Positions 24,791-32,523 of a stretch of DNA of 44,246 bases are shown in pieces (position 1 is the stretch's first letter; each line of letters begins with the position of its first letter). Position numbers and translations under genes: made by a program. The notes beneath the pieces were generated by a model. The model did no database searches and was not told the origin of the DNA. It worked only from the letters and a program-made list of their open reading frames with translations. Source of the stretch: a virus (Duplodnaviria; Caudoviricetes); the IMG/VR virus record IMGVR_UViG_3300037791_000001, positions 1 to 44,246 of that record. One strand, 5' to 3'.

Positions 24791-26137
24791 ATGGAATTGC
24801 TCCCCCACCAAATCGAGGACGCCAAGTTTCTGGCGTCACGCAAGATCGCCGGATGCTTCAATGGCATGGGCACCGGCAAGACCCTGACCGCCCTGCAGGC
24901 CACCATCGAGGCCGAGGTGCTGCGCGTCGTGATCATCGGCCCGCCCATCTCGCTCCGCATGTGGGCGCAGGAGGCTGCCAACTGGACCGGCGCAAAGGTC
25001 CAGATCCTCGCCAAGGGCTCGACCCTGATCGACCGCGACCCAGAGGTCGAGATCCTGATCTGTTCGTACGAGATCGCGACCAAGCGCCAGCACGAGCTGA
25101 TGGCGTGGGCACGCGAACCGCTGAACGGAATGCGCGCCGCCCTGATCTGCGACGAGAGCCACGCCCTGAAGAGCACCAAGGCCAAGCGCACCAAGGCCAT
25201 CCTCGGTAAGGGTGGCATGTGCGAGGCGTTTGAGCACACATGGCTGCTCACCGGATCGCCGATGACCCGCTGGGCTGACGACCTGATCCCCTTCCTGTTT
25301 CGGGCCGCGCCACAGCAGATCAAGAAGAAGATCGGCGCGCTCAACATCGACCGCTTCAACCTGCGGTATTGCATCGTGCAGGAGCGCAAGTTTGCAGGCG
25401 CACGTTTCCCTGTGAAGATGACAGTGGGGTCGCGCAATCTGGACGAACTTGGAGCCATTCTGGCAGACTGCGCGACCCGCCGCACGCTGGACGACGTGTG
25501 GGAGAGCATGCCCTCCCTCACACATACCAGATTGGCGGTCGAAGTGTCGGGTGTCGCCGCGATAAATCGTGCGATCGAGAAGATGACGATGGCCCAGATC
25601 GAAGACGCGATCTCGCAGAACGACGAGAACCTCGCCACCATGCGCCGCGAGCTCGGCCTGTCCATGATCCCCGAGGCCGCCGACTTTATCTGGCAGCGCG
25701 CCGATGCCGAGCAGGGCGCGATCCTCGTCGGCGCTTGGCACCGCGAGGTCATCGACGGGCTGGTCGAGGCGCTGACCAAGAAGAAGCTGCGCGTCGCCAA
25801 GCTCGACGGGCGCACGCCTGCCGCCCAGAAGACCGAGCTCCAGCGCCAGTTTAACGAGGGCGAGCTCGACGTGCTGGTCGGTCAGATCGCCGCCATGGGC
25901 GTCAGCCTTAACCTACAGAAGGGCGGCAACGCCATCGTGATCGTCGAGGAAGACTGGTCGCCCAGCGTCATGGATCAATTCTATGCGCGCCTGCATCGCA
26001 TGGGTCAGGGCAAGCCCGTGCACGTCGACACGCTCTACGTCGACAACAAACTCGCCAAGGCGGTGCACGCCATCTCGATGGCCAAGCGCCGCGCCCACAC
26101 CGCAACAGCAACAGCCCATCAGGAGGCAGCACAATGA
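24791..26137 (+). CDS. SNF2-family (SF2) DNA helicase
   Basis: LLPHQ, GMGTGKT, DESH, LTGSP, SLNLQ, QFYARLHRMGQ. Confidence 0.9.
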   Translation: MELLPHQIEDAKFLASRKIAGCFNGMGTGKTLTALQATIEAEVLRVVIIGPPISLRMWAQEAANWTGAKVQILAKGSTLIDRDPEVEILICSYEIATKRQHELMAWAREPLNGMRAALICDESHALKSTKAKRTKAILGKGGMCEAFEHTWLLTGSPMTRWADDLIPFLFRAAPQQIKKKIGALNIDRFNLRYCIVQERKFAGARFPVKMTVGSRNLDELGAILADCATRRTLDDVWESMPSLTHTRLAVEVSGVAAINRAIEKMTMAQIEDAISQNDENLATMRRELGLSMIPEAADFIWQRADAEQGAILVGAWHREVIDGLVEALTKKKLRVAKLDGRTPAAQKTELQRQFNEGELDVLVGQIAAMGVSLNLQKGGNAIVIVEEDWSPSVMDQFYARLHRMGQGKPVHVDTLYVDNKLAKAVHAISMAKRRAHTATATAHQEAAQ

Positions 26138-26514
26138 CCATCAACTACGAACTGCAATGCGCGGATCTCGAGGCGCAGAACGCCAAGCTCCGCGCCGAGA
26201 TCGACAACCTGCAGGCCCCCCAGCCTGCGCCCACCATCGTTGACATCATCGGGCCGGAGGCGTTCGAGCGGATGGTCGAGCTCTACCCATCGTTCCGCGA
26301 GAGCGGCACGCCCACCAACCCGACCGACGCCGCGTCCGAGGTGCTGTGGTCAGCCATCCGCATGATGGGCCGCATGGAAATACAGCGCGAAGACGCAATG
26401 CAGCGCAGCATTCAAGCGACGTCGGATTACAGCGACATCTACGCACGGCTCGAACGCGCCACCAATGCGCTGGCAGAATACGCCATGCGCGCGGTCGAGG
26501 AGTATGACGCATGA
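26134..26514 (+). CDS. Hypothetical coiled-coil protein
   Basis: SD AGGAGG; ATGA overlaps on both sides. Confidence 0.75.
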   Translation: MTINYELQCADLEAQNAKLRAEIDNLQAPQPAPTIVDIIGPEAFERMVELYPSFRESGTPTNPTDAASEVLWSAIRMMGRMEIQREDAMQRSIQATSDYSDIYARLERATNALAEYAMRAVEEYDA

Positions 26515-27485
26515 TCAAGGATCTGGTATTGCATGGCGCGCAGGCGCTGGATGACGACGAGGGTTTCGGCATCGATCGCTCGAAGTATTTGAACGCCTCG
26601 AGCGCAGACAGCTGCATCCGCAAGCAGTGGTTTGAGCGCAACCTGCCGCCCGTCGAGCAGGACTGGGGCTTCGCCCGTCGCGGCAAGCAGGGCGAGCTCT
26701 ACCTCGTCGACTGCCTGCTGGCGTCGGGCGCTGAGCTGGCCTACTGCGGCGATGATCAGGTCTCGATCGTCAGCGAAGAGCACCGCATCAGCGCCACGCC
26801 TGACGGCTACATGTCGACCGACAAGGGCTGGATCGGCATGGAGTTCAAGACGATCGACCCGCGCACCAACCGCAACTACCTGCCCCGGCAGGATCACATC
26901 ACGCAGCTGCAGATCGGCATGGAGATCGCGCACCTGCAGGACGATGAGTTCCCGCAGCCGGTGTCGGGCAAGCTGATCTACATGGATGCCTCGAACTACA
27001 ACGACATCCTCGAGTTCGACGTGCCTCGTGATCGCGACATCCTTGATCGGCTGGCACCGCGCGCCAAGAAGATGCTCAACGCCAAGAGCGTCGACCGCCT
27101 CGACCGCGAAGGCAAGCGCGACGGTCAGTGCAAGAAGTATGGCGGCTGCCCCTTCGCAGAGCAGTGCGGCATTGAGATCGAGGGCGAGGCCACCGTCAGC
27201 CGCGGCAACCGTGGGTCTGGTCTCGACGGCGCTGTGCAGGCGTACGTCCTCGCCAAGGGCGATGAGCAGGCCGCCAAGGCGCGCAAGGACGCCGCCGCAG
27301 AGGACATCAAGACCGAGCTCAAGGCACGCAACGCCAAAGAGCTGATCGTGGGCAACCACAAGGTCGCAATGACATCAGTCGCCGGGCGTCGCTCGTACGA
27401 CTGGAAGCAGATGGAGAAGGCGGGGATTGACCTCCGCCCCTTCATGAGCACGGGCAAGCCCAGCGAAAGGCTGACCGTGGAGTGA
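26511..27485 (+). CDS. Cas4-like PD-(D/E)XK exonuclease with Fe-S cysteines
   Basis: SADSCIRKQW, ATPDG, MEFKT, QLQIGM, CKKYGGCPFAEQC. Confidence 0.85.
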   Translation: MIKDLVLHGAQALDDDEGFGIDRSKYLNASSADSCIRKQWFERNLPPVEQDWGFARRGKQGELYLVDCLLASGAELAYCGDDQVSIVSEEHRISATPDGYMSTDKGWIGMEFKTIDPRTNRNYLPRQDHITQLQIGMEIAHLQDDEFPQPVSGKLIYMDASNYNDILEFDVPRDRDILDRLAPRAKKMLNAKSVDRLDREGKRDGQCKKYGGCPFAEQCGIEIEGEATVSRGNRGSGLDGAVQAYVLAKGDEQAAKARKDAAAEDIKTELKARNAKELIVGNHKVAMTSVAGRRSYDWKQMEKAGIDLRPFMSTGKPSERLTVE

Positions 27486-27534
27486 GGCCCAGACAGCCTC
27501 TGTTGAAACGTGCAACGTAGAAAAGGAGCACAAC

Positions 27535-28254
27535 ATGTCTACATCTCTCGCAGCATACGCCAAAGGCGGCAACCTCCCAACCCTCGACAAGGATGCAATG
27601 GCTCAGGCCCTTGCATCTGCAGGTGCCGAGGAAAGCACTGGCTCTGCCAGCGAAGGCGTCGAGTACGTCTCGTTCTCTGGCAAGACCGGCGCGATTACCT
27701 ATGGTCGTGACCGTGACGACCTCGACAGCGGCGAGCTGTTCCTGATGGAGCCGCGCTCTGCTTTCCGTGGCTGGATCTGCTGGAAGGACAACAAGCCTGT
27801 GGCTCGCCACCAGTGGTCGATCTACCAGCCGCAGCTGGCGGTCAAGGAAGTCGACCTTGAAGACAAGGGCCCCTACACCCGCCAGCAGGACGGCTGGCAG
27901 TCAATGCTGGGCTTTGGGTTCCTGACCACCGAAGGCGAGACGGTGCAGTATTCTTTCAGCACCAACAGCACCTCCGGCAAGAACGCTGTCGCGGATCTGT
28001 TCGACGAGATCGCGCAGCGCACGATCCGGGGCGAGCCCAACTTCCCGCTGTTCTTTTTCACCAAGGAAAAGTTCCAAGCCCAAGGCGAGTGGAACTTCAA
28101 GCCGAAGTTCGACATCGAGGAGTGGATCACCGAGGCCGAGGCCATGGAGATGCTGGGCGAAGAGGTCGAGGCAGAGGCCGAGGTAGCACCCGAGCCGGAG
28201 CCCGAGCCGGAAGAGGTCAAGCCGGCACGCACCCGGCGCGCACGCCGCGCTTGA
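27535..28254 (+). CDS. Putative ssDNA-binding/annealing protein
   Basis: Lies between nuclease and polymerase; aromatic-rich core (RGWICWKD, DGWQ) and acidic C-terminal tail; strong SD AAGGAG. Confidence 0.55.
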   Translation: MSTSLAAYAKGGNLPTLDKDAMAQALASAGAEESTGSASEGVEYVSFSGKTGAITYGRDRDDLDSGELFLMEPRSAFRGWICWKDNKPVARHQWSIYQPQLAVKEVDLEDKGPYTRQQDGWQSMLGFGFLTTEGETVQYSFSTNSTSGKNAVADLFDEIAQRTIRGEPNFPLFFFTKEKFQAQGEWNFKPKFDIEEWITEAEAMEMLGEEVEAEAEVAPEPEPEPEEVKPARTRRARRA

Positions 28255-28260
28255 CAACGG

Positions 28261-28280
28261 GGCGGGCCTTCGGGCCCGCC
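28261..28280 (+). terminator. Stable cUUCGg hairpin between SSB-like gene and polymerase, no U-tract
   Basis: GGCGGGCC-TTCG-GGCCCGCC. Confidence 0.55.
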
Positions 28281-28303
28281 TCTCCACACCACGGGAGACG
28301 AAC

Positions 28304-30115
28304 ATGGAATACCAGATGATCACGACTGAGGACGAGCTGAACGATCTGCTCGACCAGATCGGCACCGGGCACGCGGCGCTCGACTTCGAGACCACCGGCC
28401 TGCGTCCTGCTGAGAGCGAGGTCAGGCTGGCGCAGATCTGCAACGACGATGTTTGGGCGGTCATCGACTTCTGGGCGCTCGAGGGCGGTTCGTTCGCCTC
28501 CTATGCCGAGTGGTTCGAGGACGGCACATGGATCGCCTTCAACGCCGGGTTTGAATACCAGTGGTTTGACGCCGCCGACGCGCCGCACGTCAAGGTCATC
28601 GAGGTGGCGCACGCCCGCCGCGCCCGCATGGGCGGAGATCAGATGTCGCTGGCGCTGATGCTCAAGGCAGACCTCAAGTACGAAATGCCCAAGGACCAGC
28701 AGATATCGAACTGGGCCGCCCCTGATCTCAAGCCTGAGCAGCTGCAGTACGCCGCAGACGACGCGCTGTGGACGTGGAAGCTGTGGCAGCACTGGCAGGC
28801 CAAGCTCGACGAGCACCCGTCTGCGCGGCAGGCACAGGCCATGTTTGATGACCTGATCGTGCCGGTCCACGAGATGCGCGAGACCGGCCTGCTGCTCGAT
28901 CAGGCACGCCACCGTGAGCTGGTTGCGCTGTGGGAAAGCAAGAAGGTGGTGTACGAGGCCGCGATCCGCGAGCTGGTCAGCGAGGAAGAGGTCGAGAACC
29001 TGCAGTCGCGCAAGCAGTGGAGCGATTACTTCGGCCAGATCCTGCCTGACGAATACCTCGCGCACTGGCCCCGCACCGAGAAGGCAGGCCAGCTCGAGAT
29101 CAAGACTGCCACGCTCAAGGAGATGGCAGCGCTCGCCGGTGGCGAAGGGCCGCTGGCTGACGTCCTGTTCAACATCGCCGACCTGACCACGATCAACCAG
29201 TATCTGTCGAACTTCGGAAACAAGCTGATCACGATGGCGCAGAACGCCAGCGACGGCAGGCTGCACCCATCCTACAACATCGCCCGCGCCGTGACAGGTC
29301 GGTTCAGCTCGAGCACGCCGAACGCGCAGCAGTTCCCGCGCGATCGCGAGCTGCTCGGGGACTTCACCAGCGTGCGGCTGTCGTTCATCGCGCCGCCCAA
29401 GAAGCGGCTGGTGTCGCTCGATTACAGCGGCATCGAGCTCAAGGTGCTGGCGCTGCTGGCAGAGGACGACCAGCTGCTCTACGACTGCGTGCACGGCGAT
29501 CTGCACAGCGAGGTCGGATCGTACATGGCAGGCTACAAGATCGACAAGAAGACGCCCGAGGGCAAAGAGATCCGGTCGAAGGCCAAGGGCGTGTCGTTCG
29601 GCATCATCTATGGGTCAGGTGCCATGGGCCTGTCTGGCACCCTCCGCACCTCGATCGCCAGGGCGCAGGAGCTGATCGACTTCTGGGCCGACCGCTACCC
29701 ACAGGCCTTTGGCTTGCGGAACACGATGATGAACCACGCGCTCGGCGACGGTTTCCTGCCGATGGTCGACGGCGGCACGATCTTTCTGGGAAAGAAGCCC
29801 GCGCTGCCCAAATGCGCGAACTACCCTGTGCAGCGCGCAGCGCTCAGCGTCATGGCGCGTGCAATCATCCGGCACCGGGCCCGGCTCGAGGACGCTGCCG
29901 ATCGCGGCAAGCACATGGGCACGCGCATGGTCGCCAGCATCCACGACGCCTTGATCGATGAGGCCCTGATCGATGACGCACCGGAGGTTCTTCGCTGGAT
30001 GAAGGACGACATGGTGCAGGGTTACCTCGACATCTTTCCGGGCGCGCCGACCGATGCTCTGGTCGAGGGCGGCACGGGGCCCAGCTGGGGAGAACTAGAG
30101 GACGAGGAGGTCTAA
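28304..30115 (+). CDS. polA: Family A DNA polymerase with 3'-5' exonuclease
   Basis: ExoI LDFETTGL, ExoIII YAADDA, TGRFSSSTPNAQQFP, motif A LDYSGIELKVLA, motif B RSKAKGVSFGIIYG, NYPVQ, motif C IHDAL. Confidence 0.95.
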   Translation: MEYQMITTEDELNDLLDQIGTGHAALDFETTGLRPAESEVRLAQICNDDVWAVIDFWALEGGSFASYAEWFEDGTWIAFNAGFEYQWFDAADAPHVKVIEVAHARRARMGGDQMSLALMLKADLKYEMPKDQQISNWAAPDLKPEQLQYAADDALWTWKLWQHWQAKLDEHPSARQAQAMFDDLIVPVHEMRETGLLLDQARHRELVALWESKKVVYEAAIRELVSEEEVENLQSRKQWSDYFGQILPDEYLAHWPRTEKAGQLEIKTATLKEMAALAGGEGPLADVLFNIADLTTINQYLSNFGNKLITMAQNASDGRLHPSYNIARAVTGRFSSSTPNAQQFPRDRELLGDFTSVRLSFIAPPKKRLVSLDYSGIELKVLALLAEDDQLLYDCVHGDLHSEVGSYMAGYKIDKKTPEGKEIRSKAKGVSFGIIYGSGAMGLSGTLRTSIARAQELIDFWADRYPQAFGLRNTMMNHALGDGFLPMVDGGTIFLGKKPALPKCANYPVQRAALSVMARAIIRHRARLEDAADRGKHMGTRMVASIHDALIDEALIDDAPEVLRWMKDDMVQGYLDIFPGAPTDALVEGGTGPSWGELEDEEV

Positions 30116-30116
30116 A

Positions 30117-30590
30117 ATGGAAAGTCTGATGCATCAGCTCAGGATTGAGCAAGCCAGATCCATTGGTTATGAAAAGAATGGGTTTGCAGCTGAGATCAAG
30201 AAGCTGGCAGTACGGGTTGCTGGCGATGTCTTACAGGAGCAAGCTGAAGATTTAATTGCATGGATCTCTATTCCGCCCGTAAGGCGTCCAGACGCCTTCA
30301 AAGTAGTTTCGGAAGAGCGGACAGTTGTGGCGCTTGAGGTCGTGCATTCGCATGGTCTCAAAGACGCCAAAGCGATCTGGTATGCCCGCTTGCATGAGTA
30401 TTTGATCGACCTTGGCTGGGATCTAAACGTCGAGATTGCAGATGCCGTCACGGGTAAAGCACAAATAATAGCCCACCCCTATAGTTGCTGGGGGCTGCTG
30501 ATCTTAATGAGCGGGCCGAACTACGACCCAAAGAAGGGTGTTCACCAAAGCATGTGGCCTCAGCTTAGGTGGATGGGGCTGACGCCTTGA
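30117..30590 (+). CDS. Low-GC inserted gene, possible PD-(D/E)XK-fold nuclease
   Basis: Abrupt rise in A/T-ending codons; RRPDAF...VALEVVHSH resembles PD...ExxxH/K. Confidence 0.55.
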   Translation: MESLMHQLRIEQARSIGYEKNGFAAEIKKLAVRVAGDVLQEQAEDLIAWISIPPVRRPDAFKVVSEERTVVALEVVHSHGLKDAKAIWYARLHEYLIDLGWDLNVEIADAVTGKAQIIAHPYSCWGLLILMSGPNYDPKKGVHQSMWPQLRWMGLTP

Positions 30591-30615
30591 CAGATGCTGA
30601 TCAGCATCTTATCTC
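30587..30615 (+). promoter_or_regulatory. Promoter with perfect 18-bp palindromic operator AGATGCTGATCAGCATCT
   Basis: TTGACA at 30587-30592, palindrome 30592-30609, TATCTC at 30610. Confidence 0.7.
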
Positions 30616-30644
30616 TAGGGCACGCACCACAGGAGACCTTGACC

Positions 30645-31067
30645 ATGACCCACCCGCACCTGATCGCCACCGCCGCCGACGCCCAGCAGTTTGTTCTGGG
30701 CGGTCGTGCCCGCTTCACGCTCGTGTCCAAGCAGACCGGCAAGCGCTACACCTACCGCGTGTCAAAGGCCAAGGACACCGACGACGTGTTCTTTGCCAGC
30801 CTGCTGGTCGGCCAGAACAACGAGCAGGACTACGAGTACATCGGCTTCACCAAGAACGGCAACGCCCTGATCCCGGGCCGCAAGGGCAACCCAAGCCACC
30901 CTGCGTTCCTCGGGCTGGACTGGGCCCTGCGTCAGTTCTCGGCAGGCAAGATGCCGGAGCAGCTCGAGATCTGGCACGAGGGCCGCTGCGCCCGCTGCGG
31001 TCGCGCCCTGACCGACCCGGCATCCATCGAAGCTGGCTTCGGCCCTGAATGCATCAACCACATCTGA
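30645..31067 (+). CDS. DUF6011-like Zn-finger protein
   Basis: C-terminal CARCGRALTDPASIEAGFGPEC; SD AGGAG before ATG 30645. Confidence 0.75.
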   Translation: MTHPHLIATAADAQQFVLGGRARFTLVSKQTGKRYTYRVSKAKDTDDVFFASLLVGQNNEQDYEYIGFTKNGNALIPGRKGNPSHPAFLGLDWALRQFSAGKMPEQLEIWHEGRCARCGRALTDPASIEAGFGPECINHI

Positions 31068-31077
31068 GGAGACCACC

Positions 31078-31416
31078 ATGCCTTTCGACGCACAACTCGC
31101 CATCGCCGCTCTCGACTTCAATGGCTTCGGTTATTCTGACCACCCCGATCTCAGCGTGCTGCGCGCACGCTACCCGGAGCTGGGCTTCGTCTTCGACCGT
31201 CTCGAAGATCTGCAGGAGACCGCAGACACCGTCCACACGCAGGTCGCGGAGGCAGTGGATTACGCCGTCAACCCGCTGAGCGAGCAGATCACTGAGCTGG
31301 AGCAGCGCAACAACGACCTTTGCCTTGCGCTCAATCAGATCCGCGAGCTGACCGACTGGGCTATCACCGGTCAAGGCATCGCCGAGATCACCCAGATCAT
31401 CGAGGATGCGCTGTGA
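31078..31416 (+). CDS. Hypothetical coiled-coil protein
   Basis: SD GAGGAG, typical codon bias. Confidence 0.75.
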   Translation: MPFDAQLAIAALDFNGFGYSDHPDLSVLRARYPELGFVFDRLEDLQETADTVHTQVAEAVDYAVNPLSEQITELEQRNNDLCLALNQIRELTDWAITGQGIAEITQIIEDAL

Positions 31417-31733
31417 TCGAGGGCGTCAAGCACGACGAGCACAAGGTGCCGATGCATCTGCTGCCGCCGGAGCTCCTTGTGGGCACGGCGGCGGTGCTCG
31501 ATTTCGGGGCCCGCAAGTACAGCGAGCGGAACTGGGAGCTGGGCATGGCATGGCACCGCCCGTTCTCGGCGCTCATGCGCCACATGTGGGCGTGGTGGCG
31601 CGGCGAGGATCTCGACCCGGAAACTGGCATGTCACACCTGTGGCATGCCTCATGCTGCATCGCGTTCCTGATGGCGTATGAACAGCGCAAGATCGGAACA
31701 GATGATCGACCCAAGGAGAACCAAGATGCCTAA
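31413..31733 (+). CDS. dATP/dGTP diphosphohydrolase-like protein (DUF5664 type)
   Basis: GVKHDEHK..MHLLP...FGARKYSERNWELG...ALMRH..AWWRGEDLDPETGMSHLWHA; GTG start overlaps the upstream stop. Confidence 0.8.
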   Translation: MIEGVKHDEHKVPMHLLPPELLVGTAAVLDFGARKYSERNWELGMAWHRPFSALMRHMWAWWRGEDLDPETGMSHLWHASCCIAFLMAYEQRKIGTDDRPKENQDA

Positions 31734-31959
31734 GAAAATGAGACTTACCCCGCCTGACCCCTACCCCCCACGAAAAAGAGACGATTTGACTGGCGTATCG
31801 CGCCCGGACCTCAAAGCGCAGCGCAACTATCACCAGCGGCAGCTCAATAAGGGGCTGGTTCGACTATCTGTGTATGTGCCTGACGCGGATCGCGACGCCT
31901 TCTGGGATGCGGTCGATAAACTGCGGGACCGCTGGCACCGCATGAAGCTGCCCTACTAG
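31726..31959 (+). CDS. Small basic putative ribbon-helix-helix DNA-binding protein
   Basis: RQLNKGLVRLSVYVPDADRDAF resembles RHH/antitoxin-like (DUF3018-type) proteins; SD AAGGAG. Confidence 0.55.
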   Translation: MPKKMRLTPPDPYPPRKRDDLTGVSRPDLKAQRNYHQRQLNKGLVRLSVYVPDADRDAFWDAVDKLRDRWHRMKLPY

Positions 31960-32159
31960 CGGCAGGCCTCGAGCAGCTGCGACAGCAGAACCTGACCTGC
32001 CATGACCGACTGGTCGCCACCGTCATCAAGCAAGGCCCGTGCGAGATCCGCGCGGGCCTGTCTCGTTCCGTCACAGATCGCGTCGCCGCTCCTGATCTGC
32101 GTAGTGCTGCAGCCACTCGCGAGCAGCAGCAGGATCATTGCCATGGATCTCGGCATCAT
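31956..32159 (-). CDS. Outer-membrane lipoprotein spanin (o-spanin, Rz1-like)
   Basis: SD GGAGG, hydrophobic signal with lipobox LLLASG-C; overlaps the i-spanin 3' end in another frame. Confidence 0.8.
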   Translation of the reverse strand: MMPRSMAMILLLLASGCSTTQIRSGDAICDGTRQARADLARALLDDGGDQSVMAGQVLLSQLLEACR

Positions 32160-32310
32160 CGATTGCCTCCCGTGTGTCCTTGTACCCCTCCAGCTCGCGT
32201 GTGCGGGCGCGTGAGGCCGCATCTCTGCGTCCCTGCAGGTAGACCCCCAAAATGGCGAAGGCGGCGGCCAGTGCCGCCGCCAGCCAGAGTTTGATGCGAC
32301 CGAGGATCAC
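32071..32310 (-). CDS. Inner-membrane spanin (i-spanin, Rz-like)
   Basis: N-terminal TM helix (LWLAAALAAAFAILGVYL) followed by a charged periplasmic segment, downstream of the endolysin. Confidence 0.8.
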   Translation of the reverse strand: MILGRIKLWLAAALAAAFAILGVYLQGRRDAASRARTRELEGYKDTREAIDDAEIHGNDPAAAREWLQHYADQERRRDL

Positions 32311-32354
32311 TTCTTGGTCCCGCCACCGCCCTTGGGTTTCTTCTTGCCGTACAT
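32307..32354 (-). CDS. 15-aa Lys/Gly-rich microprotein MYGKKKPKGGGGTKK
   Basis: Preceded by AAGGAGGTGATCC (32368-32356); its TGA overlaps the i-spanin GTG. Confidence 0.6.
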   Translation of the reverse strand: MYGKKKPKGGGGTKK

Positions 32355-32367
32355 CGGATCACCTCCT

Positions 32368-32523
32368 TCAGGGTTTCTTCTTCGCCGTCTTGGCACTTTC
32401 GCGGAAGGCCTTGGCCGTCGGTGCGCCCTTGGTGCCGGGCTTCCGCATCTTCTCGCCTGACCCAGCTGCGATGCGCTTCCGCTTCGCTTGGATGTTGGCG
32501 TACAGTCCGGGTGGCTTCGCCAT
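32368..32523 (-). CDS. 51-aa basic protein MAKPPGLYANIQAKRKRIAAGSGEKMRKPGTKGAPTAKAFRESAKTAKKKP
   Basis: ATG overlaps the endolysin stop; resembles small basic proteins I recall from aquatic phage lysis regions. Confidence 0.8.
   Translation of the reverse strand: MAKPPGLYANIQAKRKRIAAGSGEKMRKPGTKGAPTAKAFRESAKTAKKKP

Noticed and set aside
26511-27485. Cas4-like gene as part of a CRISPR-Cas system
   Set aside because: No repeat-spacer array or other cas genes; solo Cas4-like nucleases are common in phage replication modules.
31413-31733. 2-aminoadenine (Z) or other modified-base genome pathway
   Set aside because: No PurZ-like, queuosine-pathway, thymidylate synthase or glycosyltransferase gene is visible; the diphosphohydrolase alone is insufficient.
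32356-32368. 16S rRNA gene fragment or chimeric assembly
   Set aside because: The match is only 13 nt, sits exactly in SD position between coupled phage ORFs, and the flanks are not rRNA-like.
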